Source of the DNA: Octopus bimaculoides
Lineage: Eukaryota
DNA: 64,000 bases
Assembly (NCBI RefSeq): GCF_001194135.2
Contig: NC_068989.1
Location: 95,757,239-95,821,238 of the forward strand
Direction: 5' to 3'
The position numbers and the translations under genes were made by a program. Positions 1-13,560 of this stretch are shown piece by piece. Within the stretch, counting starts at the first letter, position 1; every line of letters begins with the position of its first letter. Under the pieces are notes generated by a model. That model ran no database searches. It was given only the letters and a program-made list of their open reading frames with translations, and was not told the origin of the DNA.

Positions 1-102
1 GTGTCACCCGCACGAAAACGGCCACGCTCGAAATGGTGTCTTTTATGTGCCACCCGCACAAGCCAGTCCAGGGGCACTGGCAACGATCTCGCTCGAAAAT
101 CC
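1..102 (-). repeat. Partial copy of the hairpin-minisatellite region of the RTE-type 3' UTR repeat
   Basis: The reverse complement contains ttgccagtgcccctggactggc and ggtggcacataaaagacacc, the same unit seen at 2913-2990, 18150-18290 and 49010-49345. Confidence 0.6.

Positions 103-154
<52 letters not shown>
103..154. repeat. (TAA)n microsatellite, probably the tail of the adjacent minus-strand SINE
   Basis: Perfect (taa)n run directly abutting the SINE 3' end. Confidence 0.95.
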
Positions 155-346
155 CCTTTCTACTGGAGGCACAACGCCTCAAATTTGTGGGGAAGTGACT
201 ATTCGATTATATTAATTAATTTATTGAACCCTAAAGATGAAAGACAAAAGTGACCTCGGCAGAATTTGAACTTGAAACATAGCAATGGGTGAAATACTGC
301 TAAGCATTTCATCCAGCATGCTAATGATTCTGCCAGCTTGCTACCT
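155..346 (-). mobile_element. tRNA-derived SINE (degenerate)
   Basis: Colinear with the copies at 31313-31518 and 40725-40934 (gacctcggcagaatttgaac...taagcatttc...ctgccagct). Confidence 0.85.
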
Positions 347-1715
347 TAATAGGGTTAGGGTTGGGTCTATAAAATAAGTACTTGTTGAGCACAGGGGTCA
401 ATGTAATCAGCTTACCAACTTCTGCAAACTTGCTGGCCTTGTGCCAAAATTTAAAAGCATTATTACATAGATACTTTCCTACGGATTAGGTTCATGTATT
501 GAACTATAACACTAGAATTTCTTAGCTCTCAACAATCACAATTCCATGCTAACTACAAATCATTACTTTGCATGTAATAAATCAGCAACGAATCCCACTT
601 GATGCAAAAGTTAAAATATCTTAATAGACTGCTCTTACTGAAGGCAGTCTTATCCTGAAGTATTGTTGCATATCCATTTACACAGCTCAATGAGCTCAAA
701 CCCGTATTTTTAGCTTTTCTGCTCCATGTATTCTGCACTCTGAATATGGAGAAAAGTAGAAACCTCTTGCAAATCCAAGAATTATATTTATGCACTCATT
801 CAAAAGAAAACTATTTTGAGTGATGTAACTGCATATACAAAAATTTAAACCTTATCTAATTAAAGTTGGTGAACCTTTCAATTAAAATAACATGCTTCTT
901 TGTTTTTATTTTTGCATTTTCTTTTTTCAATTCAGCGAAGCAAAGGGTATCCTTGGATATCATATAAATAACGTTTCAAACTGATTTAAATGCAATTCTC
1001 TTTCCAAGTAAATCAAAGATAGAATACATCTTCAAAATTCATTTTATTTTTTAATGGAAACCCATTCAAGGGAGAAAAATGTAATAAAAATACTCATATG
1101 TTTTAACAATCATGAACGCATTTCTAAAATATTTTCTTCCATTAGTGCAACAAAATAATTCCTGGATTCATTTTTATCCTATTTTATGTTTCCAAATTTC
1201 ATCAATATTTTCTTCAAGTCTTTTCAACTTTGTATTTTATTTGGAATAAAGATTTAAAATTGCCTATTTTCAGTACAGTTCCCACCACCCAATCCCTTCT
1301 GCATTTTTCATTTTTTTTTTGTGTGTATTTGTTTACTTTGTTATATAGCCACTGATTTTCGTTTGAGTAATTTCATGATTTGTGTGACACTAGCTGCTAA
1401 TCAGACATACAAAAGCTCATATCATCAAGTAATTTGTGAAAGTAAACAATAAGAGAAAATACTCATACTTTCAAACAAATTGAAGTGCATCAGTTGTATG
1501 TAGTAGATTTCCTTATTTCATACAACTATGCACACACACACACAAAACAAACTGCACATATACATACATAGAAAAAACCCTGTTGTTGATGTTGAAATTC
1601 CAAAGAAGGAGCTTTGGATCAAGGTTAGAAACCAGCTCCTACACTGACAAGAAATCTTGAAATAAAACTGAATTCCATAAACAACACCATCTGAATGTGA
1701 TCGATGTGATCGATG

Positions 1716-2892
1716 ATTCCATGAACCAAGCCAGTTTGGAAAAGAAGGACCTAGAAGCTTAAGGATTCTCTGAATAGTCAGAGATTTAGAGATGTCCCTA
1801 ACTGAAGCATTTAAGGAGAAAGAGGAAGAATTAAAGAAATGTACCATAGAGGATAACTGAACGTTCCTACAAGACAACTTATTGAGAGCCACAGACAAAA
1901 TTTGTGGCTGGTGCAAAGTCCCAACCAGACCTAGGGTGACATGGTGGTGGAACAGAGTAGTTGACAGGGCCATTAGAGCAAAGAAGCAGGACTGGAAGAG
2001 TGGCAGTAGCAAGGAACTGTATCAGGTAACAAGAAGGGAAGCTAGTAGGCAGGTATACTCAGCCAGGAGGGAAGCAGAGAGGAAGAAGTTTGCCAATAGT
2101 CTGCAGCATGAGGACCAGCAGCTTGATGTGTTTAGGCTTGCAAGACAGTGTGCCAGGGAAAACTGTGATGTTATTAGAGAGAAGTGTATTCACATGGATG
2201 ATGGTTCACTTGCAGTTAGTGACTCTGTAAAGAAAGAGGTTTGGAAGTGCCATTATGAAAGGCTGCTGAATGCAGAGGACTCATGAGAGAAGGAGATTCT
2301 GCCTAAGGTGAATCTAACACAGGGACCTGCTACATGAATAGACAGTAGCTTAGTACATAAAGCCATGAAAGATATGAAGACAAGAAAAGTCCCTGGCCCA
2401 TCACTGCTGAGATGCTTAAAATATCTGGTGATGTGGGTTATGGTCCCATCACTTGCATAGTCAATCAGATTGTACACAAGGGAGTCATACTTAATGACTG
2501 ATGTAGCAGCACCATAATCAACTCCTACAAAGGCAAAGGTGATGCCTTAGACAGAAATACTTACAGAGGTATCAAGTTGCTGGATCAGGTGATGAAAGTT
2601 ACGGAGAAGATCATAGTCCAATTAATTAGGGAGAGAGTTAGGCTAGACGAGATGCAGTTTTGTTTTGTGCCAGGGAGATACACCACTGATGTTATATTCC
2701 TGGTAAGGCAGCTGCAGAAGTACTTAACCAAAAATAAACCTCTATGCTCAGCTTTTATTCACATGGTGATGGCCTTCGACAGAGTCCCCCACTCCCTTAT
2801 CTGGTAGTCATTGCAGAAACTAGGGATAGAGGGGTGGTTGGTGAGAGCTGTTGAAGCATGGAAAAGTGGACATTAAAATGATGATGATGATG
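1716..2892 (+). mobile_element. RTE-clade LINE fragment (linker plus N-terminal RT), internally deleted, with (GAT)n tail
   Basis: Translations include TWWWN...KKEVWKCHYERLLN and MQFCFVPGRYTTDVIFLVRQLQK...AFDRVP, typical RTE/BovB-like RT motifs, with stops and frameshifts. Near 2855 the sequence jumps to the 3' terminus agcatggaaaagtggacattaaaatgatgatg. Confidence 0.9.
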
Positions 2893-2912
2893 AAGAAGAA
2901 GGTATATCATAG

Positions 2913-3156
2913 ACAACACCATCCGAATGTGATCGATGCCAGTGCCGCCTAACTGGCTCCTGCGTCGGTGGCACATAAAAAGCACCCACTACATTCTCAG
3001 AGTGGTTGGTGTTAGGAAGGGCATCCAGCTGTAGAAACATTGCCAGATCAGACTGGAGCCTGGTGCAGCCCACTGGCTTGTCAGTCCTCACTCAAACCTT
3101 CCAACCCATGCCAGCATGGAAAGAGGACGTTAAACAATTGTGATGATGATGATGAT
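2913..3156 (+). mobile_element. RTE 3'-end repeat (LINE 3' UTR or RTE-tailed SINE)
   Basis: Contains ttaggaagggcatccagctgtagaaac...ccaacccatgccagcatggaa...gttaaac followed by (gat)n. The same terminus is attached to RTE ORF ends at 18037-18441 and 44170-45435. Confidence 0.85.
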
Positions 3157-3469
3157 ATATATCGTCTTCAGCAGCACATCTATTTCTGCCTTCCTCATTC
3201 TCAATCTCACACACACGCTCTCTCTTTCTCTCTTTCCTTTTCATGCTCTTCTTTCCAGCTATCTCCTTCTTTTAACCACCTATCTCCTTTACAGCAGTAC
3301 ACCTGTTCCTGTCCTCTTTCATGCTATCTCTCTCTCTCTCTCTCTGACCAGGCAACCATGTATCTCCTCTACAGCAAGACACCTGTTTCTGTCTCACTAC
3401 CACACTCTAACCAAGATCACCTCCTTCAAATCCCCCCTCCCCTCTCAAAGATTCCTTGTTTTGCAAAGT

Positions 3470-3680
3470 TACCAGGTGACCTTGCCAGTGCTGGTGCCAA
3501 TTAAAAAGCATCTAGTCCAAACCATAAAGTGGCTGGCATTAGGAAGGGCATTCAGCTGTAAAAACCATGCCAAAACAGACACAGAAGTATGGTGCAGGCT
3601 CTCAAAACCATCAAACCCATGCCAGCATGGAAGGAGTACATTAAACGACGACGACGACGATGATGATGATGATATATATA
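3470..3680 (+). mobile_element. RTE 3'-end repeat
   Basis: ggcattaggaagggcattcagctgta...aacccatgccagcatgga...(gac)n(gat)n. Confidence 0.85.
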
Positions 3681-3784
3681 TATATATCATCATCATCATC
3701 ATAGTTTAACGTCTGCTTTCCATGCTGGCATGGGTTGGACAGTTTGACTGGGGACTAGCAAGCCAGGAGGCTGCACCAGGCTCC
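3681..3784 (-). mobile_element. RTE 3'-end repeat, opposite orientation (tail-to-tail with the previous copy)
   Basis: (cat)n...gtttaacgtctgctttccatgctggcatgggttggac is the reverse complement of the same terminus. Confidence 0.85.
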
Positions 3785-6700
3785 AAAAAGTATTTACAAA
3801 TTTATGTGACCTTAGGAATTTTACAGTTTCTAGCTTTTTGTTTCTTCCAGGAAATGAAAGTGGGTAAGTAGTTTACTACATCATTGCTTTTGAATGAGTA
3901 TAGAGTCTGTCAACAAAAAAGCTCAAACAACGACTTCTGACGAACTGAACACTCATTTTCCTGATGTAATATACTTGGAACAGCGGCTAAAAGCTCATGT
4001 GATCATCTAAATAGTGTGCTGCATAGGTTTGCAGATTGACTTGGTTCAGACATATGCATGTTTTATAATTACTTTCAGTTAATCCCAGAGATTTATTTTA
4101 CTCTATCTCTAATAATCTGCCTTTATAGTCTACATTTACCTAGTATCATTCTTTGGATATGGACATTATACACTCTATAAGTAAAAGAGAAAAGTTTGAC
4201 ATCATATATAAGTAGGAATCCTCTAAACTTAGTCTTGAACTCCAGACTGTAGTATCATTAGCTTCCCATTTTCCTAATTAGATTACTCAATTAACTGAAC
4301 ATAGATTTCAACAAATTAGAATAGTAATCTATAATTGTCGGTTCTTTTCCATATTGTGTACTGATTGAATTTGAAAATGAAAGTAGGTCTACAAATAATT
4401 TTTATAGAACCTTGGTCCTACATTCCACCTAATTTGAATAATACTTTGCCCTTATCTTAAACACTTATGAGCTCACAATACACAAAAAGATGTCAAATTG
4501 CCAGCATGATTATTACATGGGAAACACTCAAACCCTCAGTCATTTTTTTTCTTTTTCTTTCTCCCCTTATCCCTCTTAAAATTCATTTGCTGCAATTTCT
4601 TTCACTTATTTTGCAGTATGATAGTAAATCTGAAATTTCAACAGTAAAAAAAAAGCTATCAATATGCAATTTTAAACAATCAGTAAATCATAGGGAAAAT
4701 GTCAAAACTTGGTTGCAAAATGGCTTTTTTAACAATAATATTAAATATATATTTCCATAGTACATAAACTATACAAGCAGGTTATTTTTATTTAAACATC
4801 TAAATGATTGCAAAATAATCCAATCTGAATATATTGTATAGATAAAACTGCCTTCACTGCATATGAATGAGCATAAGATTATATTATCAAGAAATATGCA
4901 ATAATTAATTCTGTGATCTCAACACTGAAAACATTTCCTTTACAGCTAAAGTAGTAAATCATATTTTCATGGATGTTTCTCACTGTAATGCAAATATAGT
5001 ACAAATCTTAGCTCAAATATATTTGCAGAAAGTAACATCCAATACGATGAGAATTAAAGCTTTATCATTATTTTAACATATTCAAGTCTCTGGTTCACTG
5101 CATGTTATATGATCATTATAAATTTAATTTTGTAATTCAATTAAGTTTTTATTTGAGTGTATTATGAGGCACATCAGTCTAACTTTATTGCTTTATTTCT
5201 AATTTTTTACAATTTTCTGTTTACAAATATAATTACTTTTTTAATAATTTTGTTAACACAAGAAATAACATTTTGATGTCTAATTTGTTACTGATAAGTA
5301 TCCACGACAAAGTCTATTAGGAGTCCTTCTTTGAAGTCCAGATAAGATTTTAAATAAAAACAAATATTGTCTATTTTATATGTCTGTATCTATAACTGTC
5401 TATGTTGTATATGTGTGTCTGTATGTATGTAAGTTATGTGTCTGTATGTAAGCATATATTGACGTGTGTATCAAGTTTATGAATTTTTATGTATAAAGGT
5501 TCCAGCTTAAACAGAAAATAACATAAGAAGTGGTGTGCAATGACTAAATCTTCCAGTTTTTTTTTAATAAGTTATGTGTAAAACTTCATCTACAACATAC
5601 AAGCCTTTAATTTATAAAAAATGTTTAAGAAGATACAATGTACCTGTTGCTATTTGATAACACAAAAGGTAACAGCAGTTTTAGATATATCAACTAATGT
5701 GCAAAGCAAGAGAAAATGGGAATGGAATTGAGTCACCTCTTGGATTTACCAGAAAAAAAGAAAGATAAAGGAAAAATCTATTAAAACAAGGTTAGTTACT
5801 TAAGATAAATTATTTATATTTACTGTAGAAAAAAAAACATTAAAATCTGAAGGGCAATATTCTTAATATAAGCTGTCTTTATAACACTCTTTATGAAAAA
5901 CAAAAGACAAAGTTAGGATGCAAAAATAGGCAAAATATTGATCCTGCATAGAAAGGTGAATTTGATGAGAAAGAGCAAATGAGAAAAAAGGGGAGATTTC
6001 AATAATCCTCTTGTATCAGCTGACGATTCCATCTTATCTACTTATCTAGAATTTTACAACATACTACCTTGTTTTAGCAATGCAGACATAAATACATTTC
6101 TATGGAATAGTATGGTTTTAAATTTTACAATTTTTATATCTGTTATTATGATACCTAACACAAGTAATATAATATTTTAGCAGTGTTTACATGTCATTTA
6201 AGTAGTCCTTAGTTGATACGTTGTGGCTTTCTTTGCTGGAAAGGCTGTAAAAGACTAGCCTTAAACACTTCGTTAAATGATAGGATTTGGTTAATTATTG
6301 CAATCTGTAGGGTTACATACAAATAATAAAAAGTTCTTGTAAGGTGGGGAAAAAAATTACCTATAATTTTGATTGAGTAATATTTTTCACCAGAAATTTA
6401 GCACAGCTTGTATAGTATTTCTAAGAGTTTCAGTACAGTCAACTAGGTGTGTACTTGCATTCTAGATAACTACAGAAAGCAAAAGTTTGCCTATTTATAT
6501 ATTAACTGAAAATTAATAGCAAGGACAGCATATGATATTTCAGTTTTATTGCTGACTACATTTAATTCTCTCAATCTATACTCAGAAAAATTGCAAGAGG
6601 TTTCATCTCTACCTTATACTATTTCTATTTTATCAAATATTTAAGCCAAATAAGCCAAATGTGGACTTTTAGAGTTAATAATATGTTTTACATGAACTTA

Positions 6701-7624
6701 ACCATTCTGCACAATTCAGTTTGCTGTGTAATATTTTAATGTCATTTTCACTGAAAGGTTGAATAGCATCATTTGCAAAACTTGTAACATTTTCCATGAT
6801 GCTTGTGTAAATCTTGAGTTGTGATTAAAGACCAACAAATAAGAGAAATGGGAGAAAAGGAAACCAGAGGTGAAACTAATAAAGAAAAAGCTGATGGAGA
6901 GAAAGAAAGGAAAAAGAAGAGAGTTATAACAAACCCAGGGTCTTCTGTGATAATCAGCTTACTTACCTAAAAATAAAGAGATAAAATTTTGTCAACATTT
7001 CTTTCAAAACTGGAAAGATTTAGAGATGAATGCAATTCAAATATGTAACTTAACATGAAAGCAAATTAATTTACATGGATGCTGACTAGCTAAGAAAATG
7101 TGAGTATTTTGTTCATTTAAGAAATAATTAATCAGGTATCATTATCAACAAATAAAGAGACATTTGTATTTTAATAATGTAAGCAACCTATTTGAAAAGA
7201 GGTAATAATGAATTATATAATTAACAGAAGTATAAAAGATAAAACAATTTCTTTTCCAGGAAATGGAATTAAGAAAATGAAGTGAAAATTAATATTTATT
7301 GAAAATTCATGTTGTAGTTTAAATTTAACATTCTTTATCTAAAAACATAATTCTATAGAAATATCTCAGAAACAAGACATTGATGCACACCATTATTTAT
7401 GGTATTCAAAAGTCACAATGATCTTAATTGAACATATTTTTCCATGCAACTTCATAGATTTTATTATTTTTTTTTTCAGTACAAATGCGAGAATATTATT
7501 TTGACACTAAATTATTGTCAATGTTTTAATTAATATGGTATTAAATTCAAGAACTCAAGTTAATTATTTAAATATTTGTGCAAAGAAATATTTTAGATAT
7601 ATAAATATAAAATAATAAGTAAAT

Positions 7625-7775
7625 ACATGGCCAAATGCTTAAGGAGCTTGCTTTGTAACCAGACGCTTTCAAGTTCAATTCTACAACACAGTATGTTGGG
7701 CAAATATTTCTATAGTATCAGGGTTGACCAATACCTTGTAAATGAAATCTGGGTAACAGAAACCACGCAGAAACT
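7625..7775 (+). mobile_element. Degenerate tRNA-derived SINE (CORE-like family of 12314-12620)
   Basis: Weakly colinear with 12314-12470 (gcttgct...ca(g)gttca...ttgggcaa...gacca...ccttgt). Confidence 0.55.
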
Positions 7776-8239
7776 TTTCATAATATATACATATGTATGT
7801 ATGCATATATATATAGGCAGGTAGGCAGGTGGGTGGGTAGATGGATGGATCGATGGATGGATAGATAGATATAGATATGTACTTATATAATCAACACTGT
7901 CATCATAATACATTTGTCTACTTTTCTATGCTTGCTTGGGACAAATGTACTTGCAGTGAGGCAGAGTTTTTCTAGTCAGCAGGTCTCTCTGGTGCCAATC
8001 CTTGCCTGTTTCTGAGCAAAAATATATCTGCCCGTGTGTGTGTGTGTGTACATACACATATATACATATGTATGTAGATACATGTGTATGCAAAAATATA
8101 TACATGTGTGCATATCTTTAAGTGTTTACATTTATGCAACCAACATTTTTTAGACTGGTGCATCTCTGCTGTCTTTATGTTGTACCCCTCTATATCCCAT
8201 GACTTAGAAGTTCAACAAATAAAGATCAATAAATACAAG

Positions 8240-8475
8240 ACTCCAAATGGTGTACCCAATGCAAGCTATGGATACAAGATGTGACAGATGCACAGGAAGG
8301 TTAAGAGAGAAAGTAGTATTTGTGTGACGCAGACATACTGGTACAGTAAACGCAAGGAATGTACAGAAAATAGACTCCCTCAAATGTCCAGTAGTAAGGT
8401 GGGGTACGTACTTAGAAGTAGTAGATAGCTTCAGTTATTCAGGTGACCAAGTTAGCAGTGGAGGAGGAAGCTGAT
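8240..8475 (+). mobile_element. RTE LINE RT-internal fragment
   Basis: Translates to WCTQCKLW, then after a frameshift RCTGRLREKVVFV*...QKIDSLKCP...LEVVDSFSYSGDQVSSGG. The last part resembles the RTE RT motif EVVDSFxYLG. Confidence 0.7.
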
Positions 8476-9206
8476 TCAGCTCATGAAGGCGGTGCTCCTA
8501 CATGGCCACAATTTACTGACTGATTGCAATAAAAGAATTTACTTTTCTAGATTTCCCAACAATAAGTTTTAAAAAACCATTTCTAATTGTATTTCTCACA
8601 AAACATCTTGAAATAACAGCTGATGTCCATAACAAACTTAAAAGGAATTTTCAAGCTGGATTGAAATTTTTTCTCTTCACTATTAACTAATTAGATTAAT
8701 TATATTTCCAACGATTAACAAGTAAAACCAAGTGATAACAGACTGATGAAATAAATTATTTCAAAACTGATATTGTAGCTACTACTAATGAAGTACATTT
8801 TTACATTTCCAGCTATTTTATTTTTCAATCCAGTTTCAATATAGACTATTTACAGGGGCTGAGATGTGTAAAATCTAAATGATATAACAAATATTAAAAA
8901 GGATTTTTAGTTTAAGATCAGCAATAATATAATCTAAGTCAAAATAAGATACAAATACAAAATGTAAAAGATAAGGGTTATCAAAAAAAAAAAAAAAGAT
9001 ATGAGGTAGCAATAGGCCTATAATGGAACACACAATGACATCCAAGACAGCATCTACAGAAAGCCCATTCAACTGAGTGGCATAAAACTACTAATATACA
9101 CCCTCCAGCCTCTTACCCATGGGCTTGCTCTCTCTCCTCCATCTATTTTACAGCAACTATAATGGCTTCTGCCCCTTACTGTTTGCTGGTTTTGTGCTCC
9201 CTCCTT

Positions 9207-9462
9207 TTATGAACTCTCAACCCATTCATCTCTCCTCTTCTTCTTTGTTGTGCTCAATCTTACAAGCCTGACACTAACCAGTACTTTCAAGTCCTTCTTC
9301 TGCAGAACATTAACCTCATGGAATCTCCTCTCTGCAGGTAATAACATACAAAAATCTAAATCATTAATAACATCAATCTCACTTTTAGAAGGCCATGGGC
9401 ACTGTCCCTTCCTCCAAATTCCTTTAGCAATTTCTTTTTTTAAATGTTTAACACAGCTTTCA
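9207..9462 (-). CDS. Candidate coding exon of an unidentified gene
   Basis: Acceptor ctttttctatattgatag is followed by the open frame ESCVKHLKKEIAKGIWRKGQCPWPSKSEIDVINDLDFCMLLPAERRFHEVNVLQKKDLKVL..., ending at a stop (9207) or at a possible donor CTG|gttagt (9279). No family recognised. Confidence 0.3.
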
Positions 9463-11288
9463 CTATCAATATAGAAAAAGTAAAGCACTAGGATGATCAT
9501 ATGTTCTTACTTCTCATTGTTGTTCATAGTTAGTATTATGCTACATATTAAAGTTCTACTCTTAAGTAAAAACTATCACTTAATCAGAACAATTTAAAAA
9601 AATTTCACTCAAATTACTTTTCTCTATAATCATAGCAGCACAATCAAAATGAATGCAATGCCTTCATATCGTAGTAACTTCGGTGAAGGAATTACTTTCA
9701 TTTACAAGAAAACATGCTTACATAGCACCAGAAGTCTTATTATTATTGGTTTGTGCTTTATACATTTAGACAACTGAAAAAAATGTTTGACTAGTGTTTT
9801 ACTTTATCAACTTGGAATTATGTAAAGTAAAATTATAGAGCAAGAAGATTTGAGCTAAAAAAAAACATGAAATATATTGTAATCCATCAAGTTCTCAAAT
9901 CTACAGTTTGCACAAACTGTGCAGTACGCTATAACATGAAAACAATAAGCACAGAACTAAACTATAATAAATGATTCTTGAGATTCCAAAATAATTATCA
10001 AAGGAACATTGATCCAGTATCAGCTTGGATGACCAAATAAAATCAATGCCCATACAATAGAAAAAGAAAAATATACTGAACAAATGAAAGAAGCTTCTAA
10101 ACTTGGAATCTATTGCTGACCTAAATCAGAAAATAGTTTACAAACTTAACTCATCAAAAAAAAAAAAAAAAAAAAAAAAAAGAAAAAAATATTCCTTTCC
10201 TTATATCCATCCATCAAAGCAAGAATTTTTTCTTAAGTGACAAACTCATATGATGGTATATTTTTCTTTATTTGAGAGAGAGATACAGAGAGAGAGAGAG
10301 AGAAAGAGAAAGAGAGAGAGAGAGGGAGAGAGCAAGTTTATACAAAAGTTGGTTGCATTTCTTTCCAGCCTTTTTGTCAAAGACAGTGGTCCAGGAAGGC
10401 ACTGTCAACTTTTCATGACATAAACACCGTCAGCTTTGAAAGTATGACTGATGCTAATATGATTAATGCAGCAGAGAGAAAAACAAAGCGAAATAAAATG
10501 CACAATGAGTTTAAACATGAATACTTATGGATGTTTACACAAAACTACACACACACACGTGAATGTGTGCATGCAAATACATATATATAATATATATATA
10601 TATACATGCATGTATATTTACACACACAACCACGAGAAATAAAAAAATATATTCTTAATTCTACTCTTCAATAAGTAAAATGCAGAAATAAAAGAACAAA
10701 ATGTATATAAATGAATTTAATTAAGTAAAAGCAAATAAATATGATACTTGTTGAGACTAAATAAAAATCTTGCTCAACTTCAAAGATAGAAAGCAGATAA
10801 CATTTATTATTTCGATAGTTGCATTCCACAATCAGATTCTTTTTATTTATTAATTTACTTTTTTGGTGAAAACTGTATTTTTATTATATCAGCAATCTTC
10901 AGTATTTAGTGAGCCAAATTTACCACCAACATTTTAAAAAAAGAGGACATATTAGATAATATAGTGAAGATACTGAATAGGGTGATAATGCACCAAATTC
11001 AGCCAATGCAACAACAACAAAAATATTGGAGAATATTTCAATATTGAATGAACAACAATCTTTGCAGAAAGAATTATATACAGTTGACTCTCAAAAGATT
11101 TGGCCACTTATGTAGAAAAGTATTTGATTTTCAAGTCCTTTTTCACCATTATAGTAAAACTTGCATTATTCTACAAATTTGTTATTTTCTACTTTTTGTC
11201 TTTTAACTTTTTACGGCTTTAAAATGATATTTCAATGAGACAGAACTGTTGTAGTCAGTTGACCATTCTCAAATGATACAAATTTTAA

Positions 11289-11471
11289 CCTTCTAACATT
11301 CATATTACTTGGTCAAACATAATGCTTATTTATTCATAAGATTTTAATGATATAATTGCTTATTTTTACAATGACATTGTAAGGTAAGTGTGAGAGGCTA
11401 GATCTGGTAAGTTCAAACATAAAACAGGCAGAATATCTGAGCCAGATAAAGTTGGTTTAAACGCTAAAGGG
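11289..11471. mobile_element. piggyBac-type MITE (TTAA-flanked)
   Basis: TTAA at 11285-11288 and 11472-11475. The right end is acgctaaaggg and the left end is degenerate. The interior matches 52976-53196 (gtgtgagag..agatctgg...aacataaaacaggcagaata). Confidence 0.75.
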
Positions 11472-12313
11472 TTAAACAAGTATGACCTGTTTCGACTGCC
11501 AAACTGAGGCAAGAAAACTTACATGCCTATATATCAGAGCCACAACAAAATGGCTGTTAAAAGGACAGCACTCATGTCTAGGAGATTAATAATGAAACAT
11601 TGCAATTCAACAGCAATTGCTGCTCCATATGTATACATATATATAATTCTCTATTTCTATATTTACATGAATATCAGTTAATAAAAGATTATACTTTCAA
11701 ATGGCTTATAGCAAAATATGATCTTACATGGCATATTTACACATACTTTAAACATAGTTCATAGCACAATCATAATTTCATATCAAAATAAACAAATTTC
11801 AAAGAGAGCTAGATTAGTATAATTCCATCATATAGCTAAAAATTTTAAAAGGAACACATCATTTTTCATAGTTGGCAAAATGATCTGAGAATAAATTAAC
11901 CATAAGAAATATTATTACTTGTTCATGTATATTATATCAAATAGGTTTAAGGCAGATAAGAAATTGCATCTACTTATCCAAATGAAAATCATACAACTGT
12001 CTTCTTTTTTGGTGCTAATAAAAGAGGTCAAAATAGGGATGCGCTGATAAGCAAAGTGGTCAATTACCATTTAAGTGGCTTTGCCTTATCAGCTGATATT
12101 AAGTAGCTGCCAATTATTTTTAATGTAATTATGTATTGTGATGAAAATGTGTATTGTAATTAATTATAGGTAATATATTATAATATTTCATAATTAATCA
12201 TAATTATGGAGGTACTATCTGAGCATATAAATTAGCCTGATTTGTCTGTAGTTTCCACTTTTTATTTTTATAGTCACTGAACTGTGTAAGTCTATGGCAC
12301 AACCTTCTGTATA

Positions 12314-12620
12314 CACAGGAGTGGCTGTGTGGTAAGTAGCTTGCTTACCAGTCACACGGTCCCGGGTTCAGACCCACTGCGTGGCACCTTGGGCAAGTGT
12401 CTTCTACTATAGCCTCGGGTCGACCAAAGCCTTGTGAGTGGATTTGGTAGACGGAAACTGGAAGAAGTTCGTCGTTTACTTATATATATACATGTTTGTG
12501 TGTCTGTTTGTCCCCCAAGTATCATATATATGTGTATGTTTGTGGGCCTGTTTGTCCCTCCAGCATTGCTTGACAACCGATGCTGATGTGTTTCTGTCCC
12601 CGTAACTTAGCGGTTCGGCA
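12314..12620 (+). mobile_element. tRNA-derived SINE (CORE-like) with TA/TG-rich middle and 3' body
   Basis: tRNA-like head gtggctgtgtggtaag...gggttcagaccc, then accttgggcaagtg (resembling the CORE/MIR domain) and body cttgacaaccgatgctg...cttagcggttcggca. Confidence 0.85.
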
Positions 12621-13094
12621 TACATGCATATCAAAAAAACAAAAACAAAACACACACACACACACAAACAAGAATGGTTGATTACCAAAACTGGATAATC
12701 AACCGAAAACTCCGACACTGATTAATTGGCAAAATGGCAGCTAAGGCCAATTACCAATTATCTGCTGATTAATCAGTTCAACCTTAGATCAAAACCAATT
12801 AAAACTAGAATCTGGAAATCCTAAGGATTATCTATAAAAGCAAAAAATAAATTTCCAAAAATTCTCAGTTCTCTGAAATAAAGCCCTACCTGAATTGATA
12901 GAGCATAAAGTAGACACATCTGTCAAATGGCACTAGTTTGAATCCACATGAATTTATCATCCTGCCATTTCAGTTGCATTTTCTTGTAAATATGGATTGT
13001 GTAGTCATCAATGCAGTAGCCTTCTACAAACCAAATGAACACACTATCACTAGTACATTAGTTTAGTTTTCCATTGTCACTATCGTCATTTTAA

Positions 13095-13560
13095 TGTTTA
13101 TTTTTCCATACTAGCATGGGTTGGATAGAGTTTATTGAGGTTGATTTTCTTTGTCTGAATGCCCTTCATGTTGCCAACATTGCTTACTTCCAATGGAAGG
13201 TAATATTTCCCCATGGCCAGACATGTTTTTGGAGAGTATTGAAAATGAATGGCATAACTTGTATAACAGTGATAGTCATTTAGCACTATCATGTGATATA
13301 AATAGGAGACACTCACACTCAACTTACATAGATACATATATCATCCCCATCATCATCAACAACATTTAAATGTTAGTTTTTAAGTAGGCATCGGTTGGAC
13401 AGCTTGACAGGAAATGCAAAGCCAGAATCTGCATCATAGTCTGTTTTGGTTTGGTTTCAATAGCTGGATGCTGTTCTTAATGCTAATCACTTTACAGGCT
13501 GTGCTGGGTACTTTTTAGATGGCATCAGTACCCACACCAATGCTTTTTATGTGGCACCTT
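13095..13560 (-). mobile_element. Two degenerate RTE-tailed repeats in tandem
   Basis: tttccatactagcatgggttgga (13102) and catcatcaac...ggttggacagcttgac...gctggatg (13350-13470) are reverse complements of the RTE terminus. The first matches 32040-32230. Confidence 0.65.

Noticed and set aside
33-253. Poly-Ile/poly-Asn ORFs and similar CV-, IY- and HT-repeat ORFs
   Set aside because: Translations of microsatellites.
12889-13023. Minus-strand exon-like segment
   Set aside because: All three frames contain stops between the acceptor and donor.
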